This document shows positions 1-8,538 of a stretch of 64,000 nucleotides of DNA, in pieces. The notes beneath the pieces were generated by a model. It ran no database searches, was not told where the DNA came from, and saw nothing but the letters and a program-made list of their open reading frames with translations. The position numbers and the translations under genes are program-made. The DNA comes from Bacteroidales bacterium (GTDB taxonomy: Bacteria; Bacteroidota; Bacteroidia; Bacteroidales; VadinHA17), in assembly GCA_018056245.1 (NCBI GenBank), contig JAGPFZ010000004.1:7508-71507 (forward strand), in the 5' to 3' direction. The stretch's first letter is position 1, and every line of letters begins with the position of its first letter.

Positions 1-1450
1 AACCCCCTCCTATTTCAATGCCATTAATTACCAGATCGTAAGAATTTGCTCTTACTCTGCCAGGATCCGATATCATAAATTCTATATCCTCAGGCTTGGG
101 TGAAGTGAATGGGTGATGCATGGCAGTGAATCGCTTTTCTTCATCGTTCCATTCAAATAATGGAAAATCTACAACCCATAGCGGGCTGAATACCTCTGGG
201 TTTATCAAACCAAGCCTTTTACCCATTTCGAGCCGTAGTTCCGAAAGAGCAGTAAGGCTTTTGTTTCGCTTACCTGCGATTATAAGAACAAGCGAGCCTG
301 GTTTTGCGTCTGTAACATTTATTACTCTTTTCAATTCCTCGCTTGTAAAATATTTATCAATAGAAGATTTCACCATTCCATCTGCCGCATATTTTATTGT
401 AACAATTCCTGATGCTCCAATCTGAGGCCTTTTTACGAATTCATTAAGCTCATCAGTCTGTTTCCTCGAATATTCCGAAGCTCCTTCCGCACAGATACAG
501 CCGATGAATTCAGCATTGTCGAACATTCCAAAACCTTTCCCTTTTAAAATGTCGGAAACCTCAGAAATTTTCATTCCGAAACGCATATCGGGTTTATCTG
601 TTCCGTAATATTTCAGTGCATCTACCCATGAAAGTCTGGGAAATGATTCATGAAATTCAATTTTTTTAAGTTCTCTGAAAAGATGTTTTGCAAGGCCTTC
701 GAAGGTTTGAAGCACATCATTTTGCTCAACAAATGACATTTCACAATCTATCTGGGTGAATTCCGGCTGACGATCGGCGCGCAGATCCTCATCGCGAAAA
801 CATCTGACTATCTGATAATACCTGTCAAAACCTGCAATCATCAGAAGCTGTTTAAAGGTTTGAGGTGACTGCGGGAGAGCATAAAATAATCCGGGTTGAA
901 GTCTGGAAGGCACAACAAAATCACGGGCGCCTTCGGGTGTTGATTTGATAAGTGCCGGAGTTTCAATCTCAATAAATCCTGCCGAATCGAGATACCGTCT
1001 TACTTCCCGGGCCATTTCATGCCGCAGGATTATATTTTCCTGAAGGCAATGACGCCTGAGGTCGAGATATCTGTATTTCATCCTTAGCTCTTCGCCTCCG
1101 TCTGTTTCATTTTCGACGGTAAAAGGAGGAAGATCACTCGGATTCAGTATCTCAAATCCATCAACCACTATCTCAATATCGCCTGTGGAAATCTTTGGAT
1201 TCTTGTTGATTCTTTCTCTTACTTCTCCTTTTACACTTATAACATATTCTCTGCCAAGTTTTCTTGCTTTTTCGCATAAAGCGGCGTCTGCTTCCATATC
1301 GAATACCAGTTGAGTTATGCCGTACCTGTCGCGAAGGTCGAGGAAAGTCATACCTCCAAAGTCTCTCGAACGTTGTACCCATCCGCTAAGGATAACTTTT
1401 TTGCCAGCATCCGAAAGCCTCAGCTCACCGCATGTGTGTGTTCTGTACAT
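1..1450 (-). CDS. aspS: aspartate--tRNA ligase, N-terminal ~483 codons; C-terminus runs off the window edge
   Basis: Not in the ORF track because it is open-ended. The reverse complement from ATG at 1450 reads [25 protein letters not shown]. The same frame near position 1-190 reads [31 protein letters not shown]...[16 protein letters not shown], which are class II AspRS motifs. Track ORFs 120..425(+) and 1173..1382(-) lie inside it and are artefacts. Confidence 0.9.
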   Translation of the reverse strand, partial: MYRTHTCGELRLSDAGKKVILSGWVQRSRDFGGMTFLDLRDRYGITQLVFDMEADAALCEKARKLGREYVISVKGEVRERINKNPKISTGDIEIVVDGFEILNPSDLPPFTVENETDGGEELRMKYRYLDLRRHCLQENIILRHEMAREVRRYLDSAGFIEIETPALIKSTPEGARDFVVPSRLQPGLFYALPQSPQTFKQLLMIAGFDRYYQIVRCFRDEDLRADRQPEFTQIDCEMSFVEQNDVLQTFEGLAKHLFRELKKIEFHESFPRLSWVDALKYYGTDKPDMRFGMKISEVSDILKGKGFGMFDNAEFIGCICAEGASEYSRKQTDELNEFVKRPQIGASGIVTIKYAADGMVKSSIDKYFTSEELKRVINVTDAKPGSLVLIIAGKRNKSLTALSELRLEMGKRLGLINPEVFSPLWVVDFPLFEWNDEEKRFTAMHHPFTSPKPEDIEFMISDPGRVRANSYDLVINGIEIGGG

Positions 1451-1584
1451 TTTATTAATGAAAATTTCAGCAAAAATAAAAAAATAATAACCAGTACATA
1501 TTTAATTCTTTGTAACAAAGCGAAATGTTTATCATGAACCGAAATAAAATTTTCTTAATATATTTGTTAGATTTTCCGAACATT

Positions 1585-2040
1585 ATGCTAAAGGTTGCAG
1601 ATGATGAGAAATATATGAAAATTGCAATTGAAGAGGCTATAAAGGCTCTTGAAAAGGACGAAGTACCAGTAGGTGCAGTAATAGTAAACAACGGAAAAAT
1701 AATTGCAAAGGCTCATAACCTCACTGAAACTCTCAAAGACCCTACAGCTCATGCAGAAATGCAAGCAATAACTGCCGCAGCCAATTTTCTCGGAAGCAAA
1801 TATCTTACCGGTTGCACTATTTATGTAACTGTTGAGCCATGTCCTATGTGCGCCGGCGCCCTGGCATGGAGCCAGGCAGAAACTCTGGTCTATGGCACAC
1901 CTGACGAAAAAAAAGGTTTTACAAAAATATCCCGATCTCTGCTCCATCCAAAGACAACAATACGAACAGGGATTCTTGAAAACGACTGCAAAGAATTAAT
2001 AACTGATTTTTTCAAAAATAAAAGAAAAAATAAAGTATAA
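1585..2040 (+). CDS. tadA: tRNA-specific adenosine deaminase (CMP/dCMP deaminase fold)
   Basis: Contains the zinc motifs HAEMQAI and PCPMCAGA, plus EVPVGAVIV near the N-terminus. The track ORF begins at 1525, but the ATG at 1585 (MLKVADDEKYMKIAIEEA) matches typical TadA N-termini. Confidence 0.85.
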   Translation: MLKVADDEKYMKIAIEEAIKALEKDEVPVGAVIVNNGKIIAKAHNLTETLKDPTAHAEMQAITAAANFLGSKYLTGCTIYVTVEPCPMCAGALAWSQAETLVYGTPDEKKGFTKISRSLLHPKTTIRTGILENDCKELITDFFKNKRKNKV

Positions 2041-2072
2041 TTACATCCCAATAGCTAAAAACAAAATCTATT

Positions 2073-2561
2073 ATGACTATTGAAAACAGTAAAGCAATAA
2101 TAAATCTCCGTATCAGATTGTTCGCAGTGACTGTGATTTTCATAGTTTATATCATTCTGGCTTATTTTGTCAAAGTGATTAAATTTCCTATCCTTGGATT
2201 AACAGATACATGGTTTACTATTATCCTTACGGGATTATACCTGGCCTACCTGCTTTATCCTATGTTTCTGAGTTACCAGTATATTTACTATTCGGATGAA
2301 GGCGAAAAAATAATATTCAGATATTTTACAGCAGGTTTTATCGGCGGAAAGAAAAACTCAATAGAAATCGACAAACGTTTATATGCAGGCTTTCGACATG
2401 AGAAGAAGCTTTTCGGACTAATTCAAAATATTACGTTGCTTCAGCATGTAAAAGGAGGAATAGCCAAGTACCCTCCCGTTAATATCAGACCCCTGAAAAA
2501 GGAAGAAAGAAATAAAATTCTTTATTCACTTCATCAGTATGCTCCTGCCGATTTAAAATAA
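2073..2561 (+). CDS. hypothetical membrane protein (two predicted N-terminal TM helices plus a soluble domain)
   Basis: 162-aa ORF with hydrophobic stretches LFAVTVIFIVYIILAYFV and WFTIILTGLYLAYLLYPMFL. I recognise no family. The coding call rests on ORF length and tight packing. Confidence 0.5.
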   Translation: MTIENSKAIINLRIRLFAVTVIFIVYIILAYFVKVIKFPILGLTDTWFTIILTGLYLAYLLYPMFLSYQYIYYSDEGEKIIFRYFTAGFIGGKKNSIEIDKRLYAGFRHEKKLFGLIQNITLLQHVKGGIAKYPPVNIRPLKKEERNKILYSLHQYAPADLK

Positions 2562-2665
2562 ATGAATGAAAAAATATTATTAAAATTATTGTAAAAATGA
2601 AATACTAATTACATCTTTACACCCTTTTCTAAATAAATTGCTTATCTTAATTAAAAACTCTTAAT

Positions 2666-4003
2666 ATGGACATTAATAAAATCATGACTAACCTCGAAAA
2701 GAAACATTCCGGTGAGGTTGAATATTTACAGGCTGTTAAGGAAGTCCTGAAATCAATTGTGGATGTTTATAATGAAAACCCTCAATTTGAATCTGCAAAA
2801 ATTATCGAAAGAATTGTTGAACCAGATAGAGTTATCATTTTCAAAGTTCCATGGCTTGACGACAAGGGAGAAATTCAAATAAATATAGGATATAGAGTGC
2901 AATTTAATAATGCTTTAGGACCTTATAAGGGAGGTTTGAGGTTTCACCCCAGCGTTAATCTCTCAATTATGAAGTTCCTTGGCTTTGAACAGATATTCAA
3001 AAATTCACTTACAACACTTGCGCTAGGTGGGGCAAAAGGTGGTTCTGACTTTGATCCTAAAGGAAAATCCAATGCTGAAGTTATGCGTTTTTGTCAATCA
3101 TTCATGCTTGAACTATGGAGATATATAGGCCCTGAAATTGATGTCCCTGCCGGTGATATAGGAGTTGGAACTCGTGAAATTGGATTTCTTTACGGGATGT
3201 ACAAGAGGATTAAAAGCGAACACTCTGGGGTTTTAACTGGAAAGGATATTAACTGGGGAGGTTCTTACATCAGACCGGAAGCAACAGGTTATGGATGCGT
3301 ATATTTTGCAAGCGAAATGCTTGCAACCCGCGGTGAGTCATTTGCCTGCAAAAGAGTTGCAATATCAGGCTTTGGAAACGTGGCATGGGGTGCTGCTCTT
3401 AAAGCTACAGAGCTTGGTGGAAAAGTAGTCACAATTTCAGGGCCTGACGGATATGTGTACGACCCCGATGGAATATCTGGCAGAAAAATAGAATATATGC
3501 TTCAACTACGAGCTTCTAATAAAGATATAGTGAGCCCATTTGCAACGGAATTCAAATCTTCCGAATTCCATCCTGGAAAACACCCATGGGAAGTGCCTGT
3601 TGACATTGCATTACCTTGTGCAATACAAAATGAACTTGATGCCCATGACGCTGAAAACCTGATAAGAAATGGATGTATCTGCGTCTGTGAAGGAGCAAAT
3701 ATGCCATGCACTTATGAAGCAGTGGAGATATTCCAGAAACACGGATTGTTATTTGCTCCGGGAAAAGCTGCTAATGCAGGCGGGGTTGCAACATCGGGAC
3801 TTGAAATGTCGCAGAATGCAATGAAATTGAGCTGGAACAAGAGCGAAGTGGACAACCGTCTGCATGAAATAATGCGTAATATCCATGATCAATGCATTAA
3901 ATACGGAAAACGCCCCGACGGATATGTTGATTACGTTAAAGGTGCAAACGTTGCAGGCTTCCTCAAAGTGGCAAACGCCATGTTCGATATGGGAGTAATA
4001 TAA
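2666..4003 (+). CDS. gdhA: NADP-specific glutamate dehydrogenase
   Basis: 445 aa with the GDH signature LGGAKGGSDFDPKGKS, a GFGNVAWGAA Rossmann motif and a C-terminal GANVAGF. Confidence 0.92.
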   Translation: MDINKIMTNLEKKHSGEVEYLQAVKEVLKSIVDVYNENPQFESAKIIERIVEPDRVIIFKVPWLDDKGEIQINIGYRVQFNNALGPYKGGLRFHPSVNLSIMKFLGFEQIFKNSLTTLALGGAKGGSDFDPKGKSNAEVMRFCQSFMLELWRYIGPEIDVPAGDIGVGTREIGFLYGMYKRIKSEHSGVLTGKDINWGGSYIRPEATGYGCVYFASEMLATRGESFACKRVAISGFGNVAWGAALKATELGGKVVTISGPDGYVYDPDGISGRKIEYMLQLRASNKDIVSPFATEFKSSEFHPGKHPWEVPVDIALPCAIQNELDAHDAENLIRNGCICVCEGANMPCTYEAVEIFQKHGLLFAPGKAANAGGVATSGLEMSQNAMKLSWNKSEVDNRLHEIMRNIHDQCIKYGKRPDGYVDYVKGANVAGFLKVANAMFDMGVI

Positions 4004-4103
4004 ATAGTTACATAATTATCATTATTTGTTTGTTAAGGGAAAATCATATTTTTTGATTTTCCCTTTTTTAATATCTTTGCTTTATGTCTCAATTCCTTGT
4101 GCA

Positions 4104-5213
4104 ATGGCAGATGTTCCTCTGACTTATAAGATTGCTTTAAGCCTTATTCCGCATATAGGCGACATAAATGCACGCAAACTTGTTTCCCATATCGGTAGTG
4201 TGGAAGCTGTTTTTAACGAACCATACCGTTCTCTTATAAAAATCCCGGGTATCGGTTCTTCTCTTGCAAAATATATATGTGAAAAATCGTATATGAAAAT
4301 TGCTGAGAAAGAAGCCGAATATGTTGAACAAAAAGGAATTAGAACATATTTTTATCTCGACAGTGACTACCCTTATCGGTTGAAACAATGCGAAGACTCA
4401 CCGGTGCTGTTCTATTTTAAAGGCAACTGCAACCTGAATGCCCCAAGAATCCTGAGTGTTGTTGGAACCAGAAATGCAACTTCGAGAGGAAAAGAAATCT
4501 GCGAAAAAATAATAACCGGCCTGGCTGCAAACAACCCTGAACTTATCATCGTCAGCGGGCTTGCTTATGGAATAGACATCACCGCCCATAAAAGCGCTAT
4601 GGCTAATAACCTTCCGACAATTGGCGTCCTTGGCCATGGTTTTAAAACAACTTACCCTTCTGTTCATCGTTCAATAGCCAATGCCATGCCCGAAAACGGA
4701 GGCTTGCTTACTGATTTCCAGTCAGATGAACTTCCCGAAAGAAATAACTTTATAAAGAGAAACCGGATAATTGCAGGTATTTCAGATGCCACACTGATAA
4801 TTGAATCAGCTATAACGGGCGGAGCACTGATTACAGCTGATATCGCAAATTCCTATAACAGGGATGTATTCGCAGTGCCTGGTCGTATTGATGATATCTG
4901 GTCAGCCGGTTGTAATAATTTAATCAAAAAAAACAGAGCAGCCCTTATCGAAAGCCATGAGGATATCGAGTATTTCCTAAACTGGCAGCCGGATATATTG
5001 AAAAAACCTATCCAGCGTTCCCTTTTCAACGATCTGACCGCAGAAGAAAGAATGATTTATGAACTACTGAACAGGGAAGGAGAAATTAACATTGACCAAA
5101 TTTGCAGAGAAACGGATACTCCGGTTCATAAACTTTCTGCTTTATTGCTGGAAATGGAATTTAAAGGCCTGATAAAATGTTGCCCCGGGAACGTTTATAA
5201 AATTATAAGTTAA
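4104..5213 (+). CDS. dprA: DNA-processing protein DprA/Smf
   Basis: DprA Rossmann-like core VVGTRNATSRGKE...SGLAYGIDITAHK...TGGALITADIANSYNRDVFAVPG. The track ORF starts at TTG 4026. ATG 4104 (MADVPLTYKIALSLIPHIG) gives the usual ~369 aa. Confidence 0.85.
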   Translation: MADVPLTYKIALSLIPHIGDINARKLVSHIGSVEAVFNEPYRSLIKIPGIGSSLAKYICEKSYMKIAEKEAEYVEQKGIRTYFYLDSDYPYRLKQCEDSPVLFYFKGNCNLNAPRILSVVGTRNATSRGKEICEKIITGLAANNPELIIVSGLAYGIDITAHKSAMANNLPTIGVLGHGFKTTYPSVHRSIANAMPENGGLLTDFQSDELPERNNFIKRNRIIAGISDATLIIESAITGGALITADIANSYNRDVFAVPGRIDDIWSAGCNNLIKKNRAALIESHEDIEYFLNWQPDILKKPIQRSLFNDLTAEERMIYELLNREGEINIDQICRETDTPVHKLSALLLEMEFKGLIKCCPGNVYKIIS

Positions 5214-5298
5214 ATGAAAAACCAACATGCCTGTAACAACATAAACCCTGAAAGAATTTAAAACCTATAATAAAACATATATTTATCATTTTAAACCT

Positions 5299-6078
5299 AT
5301 GAATCTAATTGATACTCACTCACATATTTATCTGCCTGAATTTGATGAAGACAGAGATGATGTTGTCGAAAAAGCAGTTGAAAATAAGGTAACAAAGCTT
5401 CTGATGCCGAATATTGACGCAGAGTCAATATTGCCTATGTTATCTGCGGTTGAACGTTATAAAGGTATTTGTTACCCTATGATAGGCATACACCCTTTGT
5501 CGGTAAAAAATGACTTCGAAAATCAACTCGCAAAAATGAAATCCTTGATAAGCCGTCATCATTTCGTGGCAATAGGTGAAATAGGCCTTGATTTCTATAG
5601 AGACAAAACCCATATAAGTGAACAGATTTCAGCTTTCCGTAAACAGTTGGCTCTTGCACTTGAAACAGGACTACCGGCAGTAATTCATATAAGGAACGCC
5701 TTCCCTGAAGTATTTCGTATTATTGACGAATTCAAAGGCACAGGACTTAATGGCGTTTTTCATGCCTTTTCGGGAGGTGGCGAAGAAGCCAATAAAGCTT
5801 GCAACATGGGTTTTATGCTGGGGATTGGCGGAGTGGTGACATTTAAAAATTCATCTCTGCAAAATGTCGTAAGAGAAACAGATCCCTCCTTTCTTGTCCT
5901 TGAAACCGACTCACCTTATCTGGCTCCTGAACCTTTCAGGGGGAAAAGAAATGATAGTTCAATGCTTTATTATATTAACAATAAACTAGCTGAACTCCTG
6001 GGCAGTACAACTGATGAAACCGCTGAAATAACAACACAAAATGCAATTAAACTTTTCCGACTCGATGAACCGATATAA
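5299..6078 (+). CDS. TatD-family metal-dependent hydrolase/DNase
   Basis: N-terminal LIDTHSHIY, EIGLDFY, VIHIRNA, GVFHAFSG and ETDSPYLAP are the canonical TatD/YcfH metal-ligand motifs. Confidence 0.85.
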   Translation: MNLIDTHSHIYLPEFDEDRDDVVEKAVENKVTKLLMPNIDAESILPMLSAVERYKGICYPMIGIHPLSVKNDFENQLAKMKSLISRHHFVAIGEIGLDFYRDKTHISEQISAFRKQLALALETGLPAVIHIRNAFPEVFRIIDEFKGTGLNGVFHAFSGGGEEANKACNMGFMLGIGGVVTFKNSSLQNVVRETDPSFLVLETDSPYLAPEPFRGKRNDSSMLYYINNKLAELLGSTTDETAEITTQNAIKLFRLDEPI

Positions 6079-6311
6079 AAATTGTCCGCTTTTTTTAACT
6101 GGTTTCCGATAAACAGACTTACTTAAGCAGTGTATTACATAAGGTAAAATATGTCTTTCAAAACCGCATCGTTCAAACTTCAGAAATCGAGCAAATAATG
6201 ATGATTTAATAACAAATAGTCCGATGAAACAAAAATATTGGCAATTTTTTCCTTATTTTGCTGCAGTTATTCCCGATTTTACATTAAGGAATATTAATAT
6301 ATATATATAAA

Positions 6312-6400
6312 GGAGAGATGCAGGAGTGGTTTAACTGGCACGCCTGGAGAGCGTGTGTCCGCTAACCGGCGGACCGGGGGTTCGAATCCCCCTCTCTCCG
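6312..6400 (+). tRNA. tRNA-Ser (anticodon GGA)
   Basis: Acceptor GGAGAGA/TCTCTCC plus discriminator G. Anticodon stem CACGC/GCGTG with loop CTGGAGA. Long variable arm. T-arm GGGGG-TTCGAAT-CCCCC. CCA is not encoded. Confidence 0.9.
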
Positions 6401-6689
6401 CACCGGCAAATTAAACCTCCGGCACCAGCCGGAGGTTTTAGTTTTTCCGGACGACGAGTCAGGCTTTGCCTGAAGGAGGAGTAAGGAAAAACGAAAACGT
6501 AAGGCACGCAAAGCGTGACGAGGGAATTTGACGGTGCAAGGCCCTCCCTCATGGGATCATGAGCGAAGCGAATAATCCCCCTCTCTCCGCACCGGCAAAT
6601 TAAACCTCCGGCACCAGCCGGAGGTTTTAGTTTTTCCGGACGACGAGTCAGGCTCTGCCTGAAGGAGGAGTAAGGAAAAACGAAAACGT
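6385..6689 (+). repeat. tandem direct repeat: 116-bp unit at 6385..6500 and 6574..6689 (period 189 bp, one mismatch)
   Basis: Manual alignment. Both copies read AATCCCCCTCTCTCCGCACCGGCAAATTAAACCTCCGGCACCAGCCGGAGGTTTTAGTTTTTCCGGACGACGAGTCAGGCT(T/C)TGCCTGAAGGAGGAGTAAGGAAAAACGAAAACGT. Copy 1 starts inside the T-loop of tRNA-Ser. Confidence 0.85.
6416..6439 (+). terminator. intrinsic terminator of tRNA-Ser (a second identical copy lies at ~6605..6628)
   Basis: CCTCCGGC-ACCA-GCCGGAGG followed by TTTTAGTTTTT. Confidence 0.7.
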
Positions 6690-6735
6690 GCTGCGTTTGC
6701 GTAAGCGAACAGGCAGGCTAAAACACGAAAAAATT

Positions 6736-7281
6736 TTATCTTTTATATCTTCCCATAAGCTGCCCCTCTCCCAGCACATATCCCTTCATCGCCTTAAGTA
6801 AATCAGCCTTAGTCAGACCTTCTTTCACATTCAGCATATCGGATAAAGCATAGATTTTAAAATAATACCTGTGTATGCCACCAGGTGGGCATGGACCTCC
6901 ATAACCTGCCTTGCCGAAATCATTCTTCCCCTGAAGAGTACCATCAGGCAATTTCCATGAAGGACGAACATTCTCCGGAAGTTCACGGAGATTTCCAGGA
7001 ATATTGTATATAACCCAGTGAACCCATGTGCCGGCCGGCGCATCAGGGTCATCACATATAATTGCAAATGACTTCGTCCCTTCAGGAACGGAAGTCCATT
7101 TTAACGGGGGAGAAACATTAGCACCATCACACGTATATTTCGATGGAATCATACCTCCTTCTTCAAATGCCGGACTTGTAAATTGAATAGTCATATCATC
7201 CTCCTTAATATATTGTTGTTCAAATTGATAACTGTTTAATAAAAAAACTACACTTAATGAAAATATAGAACATTGAAACAT
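6736..7281 (-). CDS. YbhB/YbcL-family (PEBP, Raf-kinase-inhibitor-like) protein
   Basis: Contains DDPDAPAGTWVHW and GYGGPCPPGGIHRYYFKIYAL, the PEBP signatures. The start is ambiguous: ORF start 7281 adds a hydrophobic leader, and an internal ATG (MTIQFTSPAF) is also possible. Confidence 0.85.
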   Translation of the reverse strand: MFQCSIFSLSVVFLLNSYQFEQQYIKEDDMTIQFTSPAFEEGGMIPSKYTCDGANVSPPLKWTSVPEGTKSFAIICDDPDAPAGTWVHWVIYNIPGNLRELPENVRPSWKLPDGTLQGKNDFGKAGYGGPCPPGGIHRYYFKIYALSDMLNVKEGLTKADLLKAMKGYVLGEGQLMGRYKR

Positions 7282-7572
7282 TTCCTGTTAATATTTAAAA
7301 ATTCTGCAGATTTAATCCAGCTTAAACATTTCTTTTAAAAAGAAAGAATATATAAACAAATTTAATAAAAAATTATTACTTTATCAATAATTCATTGAAA
7401 ATATAAAATCAGCTTTTTATCATTAAATCCTGAGTTTGTCAGTACAATTAATAAATCCTGTTCCAAACTCATCCGGCAGTCAGACATTTAATAGAAACAT
7501 TCTCTTATATTTATTAATTTAGAGCCATAGCGATTCTGCAAAAATACATTGCATAATTTAGCCCAGAAATAA

Positions 7573-8136
7573 ATGAAACTATTAATAGATATACCTGAAC
7601 CGATTCTTTTCAACCCTCTGAAACATCACATAGGTTTTATCAGAGAATTTATAGAACAATATTCAATAGCAAGCGGTTTCAATAAGTCTGAATTTTTTAG
7701 AATCCTTGGTCACATCGGAGGTTCAGTAATGGATGTCTATACAGGTGACCTTACATGTGAGGATATTTTCAAAGAATCGTATAAATTGCTTAACGATTGC
7801 AACTTACTCATAAAGGAAAATTTTTTGAAGTGGGCTGGAATCAAATCGAAAGAATTCAGAATAATTCAATTGTCCGATAGCTCGAATTGGGTTGTGAAAT
7901 ATTATGACAATGAACGTCACTGGGCACATATTTTCCCAGCACGTTCAAGCTCTCACTCGTTCAGAATAAAAGCCAACACTCTTAAATCGGCAATACTTTA
8001 TCAGGTACTGATCGGGAAAGATTTTGTTACAGAAGAAGGACTTAATGCGGCCAGGGTTGCCGGTGGTTTATCACCAATAAAAGATGTTTTCGACGCCGAA
8101 GCAATAACCGAAATGATTGATATCCTCAGAAGCTGA
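7573..8136 (+). CDS. hypothetical protein, no recognisable domain
   Basis: 187-aa ORF flanked by long AT-rich spacers. I recognise no motif. Confidence 0.5.
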   Translation: MKLLIDIPEPILFNPLKHHIGFIREFIEQYSIASGFNKSEFFRILGHIGGSVMDVYTGDLTCEDIFKESYKLLNDCNLLIKENFLKWAGIKSKEFRIIQLSDSSNWVVKYYDNERHWAHIFPARSSSHSFRIKANTLKSAILYQVLIGKDFVTEEGLNAARVAGGLSPIKDVFDAEAITEMIDILRS

Positions 8137-8218
8137 CGAAATCCCAACTTTCTTTCCTCTTCCGCCCTGCTTCTAACTTTTCCTTTTATCTATCCCCCTT
8201 TTTACTTTTTATAGAGTG

Positions 8219-8291
8219 TGATCCCGGAGCGACTCGAACGCTCAACCAACAGAACCGGAATCTGTCATTCTATCCATTGAACTACGGGACC
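8219..8291 (-). tRNA. tRNA-Arg (anticodon CCG)
   Basis: The reverse complement reads GGTCCCG TA GTTC AATGGATA GAAT G ACAGA TTCCGGT TCTGT TGGTT GAGCG TTCGAGT CGCTC CGGGATC A. All four stems pair and the anticodon loop is TTCCGGT. Confidence 0.88.
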
Positions 8292-8538
8292 TTATCAACA
8301 TAACTAATACACTGATATTACTCTATCTTCAGATAAACTTATATTGCAAAAATATAATTATTAGCACTTTTTTCCAAACACATGGTAAGATTTAACTAAT
8401 CGAACCGATATTCTCCATAATCTTTAATATTCTTCGGAAAAAAATATGGCAAAGTTTTCCTATTTTCGCAAACTTGAATGAAGGCAGAATATTCTTTCTC
8501 ATTTACATTTTCCGACTTCATATTTAAAACAATATCCA

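Noticed and set aside
120-1382. Track ORFs 120..425(+) and 1173..1382(-)
   Set aside because: Both lie inside the open-ended aspS reading frame, which has unmistakable AspRS motifs. They are out-of-frame or opposite-strand artefacts.
6331-6552. 73-aa minus-strand ORF
   Set aside because: It overlaps tRNA-Ser, its terminator and the GC-rich tandem repeat. The open frame is a by-product of local GC richness.
6385-8291. tRNA-Ser to tRNA-Arg interval as an integrated mobile element or prophage remnant
   Set aside because: It has no integrase, excisionase, transposase or phage-like genes. The two att-like copies are only 73 bp apart and both lie on the tRNA-Ser side. It is reported only as a repeat or scar.
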